Source: the human T2T-CHM13v2.0 reference genome, Homo sapiens
Assembly: GCF_009914755.1 (NCBI RefSeq)
Contig: NC_060925.1
Length of the DNA: 64,000 bases
Strand: one strand, 5' to 3'
Part shown: in pieces, positions 58,337 to 64,000 of the stretch
Numbering within the stretch: position 1 is the stretch's first letter
Layout: each line of letters starts with the position of its first letter
Notes under the pieces: generated by a model
Database searches by the model: none
What the model was told of the DNA's origin: nothing
The model's input: the letters and a program-made list of their open reading frames with translations, nothing else
Translations under genes and position numbers: made by a program

Positions 58337-59053
58337 CGAAAAATGTTTATTATAAATCTATCCTTCCTAAAAAAGACATTACTGGCTTTTTTTTTTTTCA
58401 AAGAGAGATTTATAATATGCCAGGTTGAATTTAGGGGAAAAAAATAAAAACAAATAAGAGTTGAATGTTGGGCTACAGAAAGCAGATATTCCAGAAGATT
58501 TAGTGAAATTATATTCTTTGAAAATATTGTAAGAGAGTTAGGAGAGTGAGTTCAGTATTTAATTAAAGGCAAAAACAAGATCCTGTGTTTGAAAAACAAG
58601 ATATACTAAATGAACATGTCAATCTTTAAAGACATGAATTGATTCTCATGGAATTTGGGTACATTTAAACAATGCACCTTCTTCATTACAGTGCTATAAG
58701 GTATTTGGATTTACATTGCAAATTTGGAATTCAACCTGATTTCATTTTCTTCCCTAAATCTCAACATATATATTACATTATTTGGTATGCCTTTAATCTT
58801 AAATTTACAAAGAAATTATTATCAACACAGGTGTTCTGAGTCTGGAGTGGAAATATTTAAACAGATTTGATTTTTAAAGTGGTCTGATACTCATTTTTTA
58901 AAAATGTACATTTTTATATTTGGGGTTTGTTATAAACTTTGCCTTTTTAAATAATGCAAAAATGCTCTAGGTTATTCACTGTCTTTTCAATTTTGTTCTC
59001 CTTTGGAAAAAAGGAGGAAGTAGTTACTACTTAAGGACAAGTAGCAATTTCAG

Positions 59054-59101
59054 ACGCGCGCACGCACACACACACACACACACACACACATCACACACAC
59101 A
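59054..59101. repeat. 48-bp predominantly alternating purine-pyrimidine (CG/CA)n promoter microsatellite
   Basis: ACGCGCGCACGC(AC)n-AT-(CA)n about 170-260 bp upstream of the TSS. Confidence 0.95.
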
Positions 59102-59238
59102 GAAATCCACAACAGCACTCATGGAATTTAGGACTGATTAATTTACATATTATTTAAGCATATTTTCTGACTTCAAACTCCTGGTTCTAATAACTAAGCA
59201 TTTACATTTACAATATTAGCTTCTATGAGAAGAGAGCG

Positions 59239-59267
59239 TTCTCCCTCTTCCCCTTTAATTCCACCTT
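59239..59267 (+). promoter_or_regulatory. PLA2G4A: Polypyrimidine core-promoter element of the TATA-less, CpG-poor PLA2G4A promoter
   Basis: TTCTCCCTCTTCCCCTTTAATTCCACCTT directly upstream of exon 1; a short polypyrimidine element is a known feature of this promoter. Confidence 0.75.
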
Positions 59268-59268
59268 A

Positions 59269-59404
59269 AAACATCTGCAAAAGCGCAAGGAGACCAGCCC
59301 ACATTTTAGCCCCTCCTACTCAGGATAAGACTTTCTCTAAGTCCGGAGCTGAAAAAGGATCCTGACTGAAAGCTAGAGGCATTGAGGAGCCTGAAGATTC
59401 TCAG
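59269..59404 (+). other. PLA2G4A: PLA2G4A non-coding exon 1 (5' UTR); TSS approximate (~59269-59318); splice donor CAG|GTAACT, intron starts at 59405
   Basis: TCCGGAGCTGAAAAAGGATCCTGACTGAAAGCTAGAGGCATTGAGGAGCCTGAAGATTCTCAG matches, from memory, the 5' end of the human cPLA2-alpha cDNA, which continues with exon 2 (not in this window). It ends at a GT donor, contains no ATG, and is preceded by the CA repeat and polypyrimidine tract described for this promoter. Confidence 0.92.
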
Positions 59405-60690
59405 GTAACTCTGGGAACTGTAAGCAATATATTTATTCTTCCTCTGCTCCACTTCTCTCTCCCACCCTCCTTAGCTTTTACTTGGTAGTTTACTTGGAAG
59501 GAAGAAAGGACGGAGGGGAAACCTCGCTGCTTTAAAAAGTCAGCATGTCCTCTGCCTTTTGAAGTGAAACACAGATTAGGGACCTCAATTTTCTTCAAAC
59601 CCACGCAGATTTGCCTTCCTGGATCTAAATGCACTGTGGAGTCAAAGATTAAGGTGTTTCTTTGGGTTGGAATCCCAGAAAGTTAGCATTCAAAACGGCG
59701 GTGAGGTGGCGCTTATTAGCGTTCCACGTGATGACACCCAATGGTTACTGATCCCCAAACTTGAGCAGCAGCATGCTGTGCTGTTTGACAGCCCTAGCGA
59801 TCTTTAGCGAGAGACTTTGTTGACTCACTTAACTTTTAATTTCTAAAAATTGGTCATTTTTGTTACTTATGGGACGCTTTCCTGGCTAGTCAATATTTTG
59901 CAGAATTATGCGAAAGAAAGAGGATTATTGAAAAATTAACTGTAAACGGACTGGTGTTCTGATGATCCACCCTTCCCCTAAGTTACTTGGCTTGCCAAGA
60001 GAAAAAAAAAATCTCAAAACTAGATACTAGAAAAGATTTGATCAAATTACATAGTTAAATTTTGAGTGTGGATATTTCAGTAATTTTGTTTCCAAAAAAA
60101 ACAGAAAAAAAAGGTATTTGATTTTAAAGTATCAGTGGATGAATGTATCTGTCTCCTACAATTTATAATCATTTTAGTCTTAAAAATAAATTCACCTCCA
60201 AAACCAGAACAAGAAATACTCCTCATATGGGTTGATGATGTCAGCATTTATTCAGCTAAGGCAGATGGAGAGTATTAGAGGCGTACTGTCTGAATGGGTG
60301 TCAATTCTAAAGTTATATTTGCCAATATAATTTGAGTTCAAAGAAGATTTGTATTTTTGTTTCTCTTTGTTGTTTAAATTTAGAATTGTGGCTCAAGGGA
60401 TATTTGTAGAGGACTGTAGTGAAACAAGCTCTGTTAAGAATTTTAAAGTTACATTCTACAGGTTCCTACACCTTGCCAATCAAGTTAGAGGTTGGGATAA
60501 GAAACAGGTATTTACTTCTTTCATTAGCTCCGGAAGAGTTAAATTTTAAATTAAGCAATAATTGTGAAATGCATAGAGAAGTGTTTAATGTGCATTTGCT
60601 CAAAGGAGTTTTACAAACTTCCCTTAGGGGAAGCATATTTTTTGAGATAAGACATTGCATCTTTTTAACATATTTTTAAAAAGTAAGTTA

Positions 60691-61036
<346 letters not shown>

Positions 61037-61306
61037 TTACATTTAATTAGGAAAAGAAAAATTATTAAATAGATTTTTAGCAACTGAAAATGTTCATTCC
61101 ATAGAGGTTATTTGGCTTATGTTTTTAACCCATTATCTTTTCTAGTGCTGGTACTTAGAAAGCAGTCATAAAATCGAATCATCTACATATTAAAATTATG
61201 TTCCAGGAATAAAAAAGAGGAAGACAGAATTAGTTGTGGTTCCCATTCATCTTGTTTGCTTTTATTTACCATCAGTTTTTTCCTCCTTCTTGCTCCAGAT
61301 TGTATA

Positions 61307-61327
61307 GCTTGCTTGCTTGCTTGCTTG

Positions 61328-61390
<63 letters not shown>

Positions 61391-61432
61391 TTTCTTTCTT
61401 TCTTACTTTTTCTTTCTTTTCTTTTTCTTTCT
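61307..61432. repeat. (GCTT)n(CTTT)n compound tetranucleotide STR
   Basis: Direct reading. Confidence 0.95.
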
Positions 61433-63493
61433 TTTGTTTTTGTTCCATCAAAGACACTTTTATAATCTTGTGACAGGTATGGACCCCTCCCTAGAATAAT
61501 GCACATTATGCCATTCCAACACACACAAATTTAAAAACACCTTTAAGAAGTTCACAAATCCCCAAAGACAATTCATATTACATGAAAATGCAGTATTTCT
61601 TAAAACTTTGGAGTTTTCTGATAATATAAAATGATTAATTAGAAAATCATTTTACTTATAAGTAAGGAACTAACAGTGGATATTGTAGCACCCACATAGT
61701 CATTTATTCATTGGTATTCTAGAACTCCAAGCAACTTGGTATAATGGAAAAAACTGCTTGCCTGAAACCAGGTGACCTAGGTTCTAGACTCAACCCCAAT
61801 AATAATTAACTGTACAATATTACGCTTGACATTTTTCTGTAACATCTGTTGCTTTTATTGCCGAATGCAGTAAGTGAAACATAATAAGAAAATCAGATGC
61901 AAGTTATTTTTTATTGGATTGTGGGGTGTCTATATTTACTACTTTTATTCCAAAATTCCTAATGACATTTCCCAGAATGATTAGTTTTTATAACACTATT
62001 GTTTATTATAAAGATAAATCACACTCACTGCTTAAAATTTCATTAAATATAGAAAATTGCAAGGAAGAAAAAGAAAATATTACCTATTATTTCCCCCAAG
62101 GTACTTTTAAAATGTAATTCAATCATTAATTCAATCAACAAATATCTATTGAGTACCCAGTATGCATCAGCAAAGAGACAGACAAGAAGTTCATGTATAT
62201 ACATGTTTATATGTCTAGATATGTTTCTATACATACATGTAGTTTTACAAAATTGTGATCACACTGTTCATGCTGTTTTGTAACATGCTTCTCCCTCATT
62301 CATGAGATGCATTGTTAAAACATGTTTTTTTTAATAATCATGCATTACTTTGTATTCACATATTTAACAAATATTATTAAGTCCCTACTGTGTGTAATGC
62401 AAGTAATGGCAATCTATCCATGAGCAAAAGAGTATGGTTCTTACTATATGAAATTTTTCATCTGTATATAGGCTGTACTGGCCAATTATATCTTGTTGGA
62501 TATTTAGATAGATTAGTTTTCCACTATTATAAATAATTGTTGGATATTTAGATTTATAATAGTTTTCCACTATTATAAATAATATTTCATCTAGGACCTT
62601 TTTTATATATGTTAGTATACATTTTTGTTTATTTCCTTATGGTAGATTCTTAAAGTTTATTTTCTAGGTTCTAAAAAAAATTTTATTACTTACAAGTTGT
62701 GAGATGATAATCCAATTACTTTATCTCCTTAAAATGTTGTCTTCTCAATTGTAAAATAGAAATAATAATAGTTGGGTATTTTGAGGATTCTTTAAAATAT
62801 TTAGCGAAATCTCATGGAATGCTAGTGATTATTTTTGACATTTTGCTCTTGAGGAATATGGTATTCATTTATGAGCAATATAAAAGAGTAGAGTTTTCTA
62901 TGTCAATACTGGGTGCCATCATCAAACAGAGCAAATGACAACAAATCCAACAACTTGGATAATTGATATACGAAAATAGTATCTTGTTTAAATTTACATT
63001 TCTTTGTTGAACAAAGTTGAGCAATTTTCATAGTGGCCACTTATATGTCTATGTTTGTGAATTGTCTCTTTCAATGTGATTTAAAAAATTTTTCTCTTTC
63101 AATTTCAAATATGATAGATATTAACGGATATAACTTACATAATCATAGCACTTTTGGGGTCCTCAGTAATTTTGAAGAATATTAAGAGTCTTAACAATAT
63201 AGATGAAATTTTGAACTGGAAGTAGAAATTCTATAAACAATGTTTTTCTCATTTTTGGAGGGTTATTTTTAGTGTTTCCTGAAACCTTTCCCTTAAAAAT
63301 GGGTGAGAATACATAGAAAAATGAGAGCAAATTATTTTTTATTCTCATAGACTAATAGTTTACAAATGATGGGAAACCTGGAGGGTTCAGAGATGATGGC
63401 CAAAACCCAGCACCAGAGACATCCTGGCCTGAATCATGTAAAGAAGATATTGTTAGGACTAAGGGTGGCGTGATGACTGTTCAAGTTTTGTAA

Positions 63494-63778
63494 GGCTGGG
63501 TGCAGTGGCTTACACCTGTAATCCCAACACTTTGGCAGGCTTGAGCCCAAGAGTTTGAGACCAGCCTGGTCAACATAGTGAGATTAATTAAAATCTTATT
63601 AAAAATTTTGAAAAAATCAGCTGGATATGGTGGCATGCACCTGTAATCCAGCAATTTGGGAGGCTGAGGCAGGGGGATCATTTGAACACAGGAGTTTGAG
63701 GCTGCAGTGAGCTTTGACCACACACCGCACTCATGCCTGGGTGATAGAGCAAGATTTTGTTTCTTATTAAAAAGAAAA
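63494..63778 (+). mobile_element. AluJ (left-arm deletion)
   Basis: Alu text; TSD-like AAGTTTTGT(A/G)A. Confidence 0.88.
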
Positions 63779-64000
63779 GTTTTGTGAGGAAAATAATATT
63801 ATTGGTTGTGAACAACCAATTTAGAGAAAATGAATTTCAGTTCTGGCCAACTCTTTGTCTTCTACCCCTTGACTATTAGGGCAATAAATAGTTGGGGGAA
63901 CCAAAAGGTTGGTTCTGGAGTTCTTTCCAAAGAAGACAGTAAATAGAGCAGAGGTTATTCTGGTCCTCTGATACCATTACCTGCCTGTTAATAAAGGATG

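Noticed and set aside
61183-61524. KERK- and FLSF-repeat ORFs
   Set aside because: Translation of the (CTTT)n microsatellite.

Overview
Human (primate) genomic DNA, AT-rich and dominated by interspersed repeats (Alu, L1, L2, MIR, MaLR/ERVL/ERV1 LTRs, hAT and Tigger DNA transposons). The only gene I recognise is the promoter and non-coding first exon of PLA2G4A (cytosolic phospholipase A2 alpha) at about 59.05-59.40 kb on the + strand, followed by the start of intron 1. The first ~59 kb is therefore the upstream intergenic interval, which by established knowledge separates PLA2G4A from the divergently transcribed PTGS2 (COX-2) on chr1q. No protein-coding exon is supported; the supplied ORFs are repeat-derived, low-complexity or short chance frames. 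I found no convincing new gene system. The most unusual signals are local fold-back or template-switch rearrangements: a ~350-bp inverted duplication around a 2.2-kb spacer with an internally re-inverted block (31.9-34.9 kb), a multi-switch palindromic insertion in an L2 (28.7-29.1 kb), a 73-nt pre-miRNA-shaped hairpin across an LTR junction (10.95-11.03 kb), a short Alu tract apparently copied from a neighbour (7.5 kb) and a trimeric Alu. Repeat subfamily names and the boundaries of old repeats are from visual recognition and are approximate.
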